Assembly: GCA_030324005.1 (NCBI GenBank)
Contig: JARDVH010000137.1
Span: 37,396,341 to 37,460,340 of the forward strand
From: Negaprion brevirostris
Lineage: Eukaryota
DNA length: 64,000 nucleotides
Direction of reading: 5' to 3'
A program made the position numbers and the translations under genes. The notes under the pieces were generated by a model. That model worked only from the letters and a program-made list of their open reading frames with translations. It ran no database searches and was not told the origin of the DNA. This document shows, piece after piece, positions 63,421 through 64,000 of the stretch (positions within the stretch are counted from its first letter, which is position 1; each line of letters begins with the position of its first letter).

Positions 63421-64000
63421 GCAGAGCGACGAAGGTATTACAAATATGCTGCGTTTAGGTTTGTCATCAAATTCCTGAATGTAGTTAAGCGATCGTAACT
63501 TTAGTTGGAGAAAGTCAAAAGTATGGGAGAGAAACCTCAAAAGAAATATTTTTTTCAAATGCCTTGACACTTAAGACAAAAGTAAAAGAGGGTTGAGGAA
63601 CGCTTACAAATGTCTTTGCCCAACATCCAAAAAAAGTGGTCAAAGCGGGATAAAACAAAATGTGTGAGGCAATATTACCCAGTGTCAACTGGCACCTCAT
63701 CTCTACACAGGTAAACTGAATATAACAATGAATACAAAAATCTGCAATTGTTCATTTTTAATTGGCAGTCTTTGAACAACAAATAGTGGGGATAACTGAT
63801 ATGTTTGTTGTCTACAAATATTTTGATGAAGTGTGCACAATGATGACATTTTATTGGTTTATATTTTATGACAGAACACCTCCGTCTGTAATTAACCCAA
63901 GGTGAAGTGGTTGAACCAAACGTCTTCAATCTGATACACGCACGGCTTCTGTCCAGCAAATCTCATCATCAGGTTACTTTGCTTTCTGTTATGTTATATT

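Overview
Eukaryotic (vertebrate) genomic DNA, not prokaryotic. The repeat content (HE1/V-SINE-type tRNA SINEs, CR1/HER1-type LINEs, Deu-type SINE) points to an elasmobranch (shark). It is a draft assembly with many N-gaps. The + strand carries coding exons 2-10 of WDR45B (WIPI3, PROPPIN autophagy beta-propeller) from 9010 to the stop at 42954, plus a ~2.2 kb 3'UTR. Exon 1 lies upstream of the window, three exons are hit by gaps, and intron 5 has a GC donor. The - strand carries the last coding exon and 3'UTR of FOXK2 (62402-62598), tail-to-tail with WDR45B as in human. Most other ORFs in the track are noise or retroelement debris (CR1, L2, Rex1, Penelope-like, a pogo-type transposase fossil). 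The most unusual signals are: two same-strand minimal hammerhead-ribozyme motifs in WDR45B intron 9; ~210-240 bp palindromic Penelope-type inserts with 14-bp target-site duplications; an inverted repeat tightly bracketing exon 6; a V-SINE subfamily with a swapped Rex1-like tail; a tRNA-headed LINE; and a ~1.15 kb imperfect foldback in the intergenic region. No CRISPR, rRNA or true tRNA genes were seen. Repeat boundaries are approximate and family names come from recalled consensus motifs, not from a database search.
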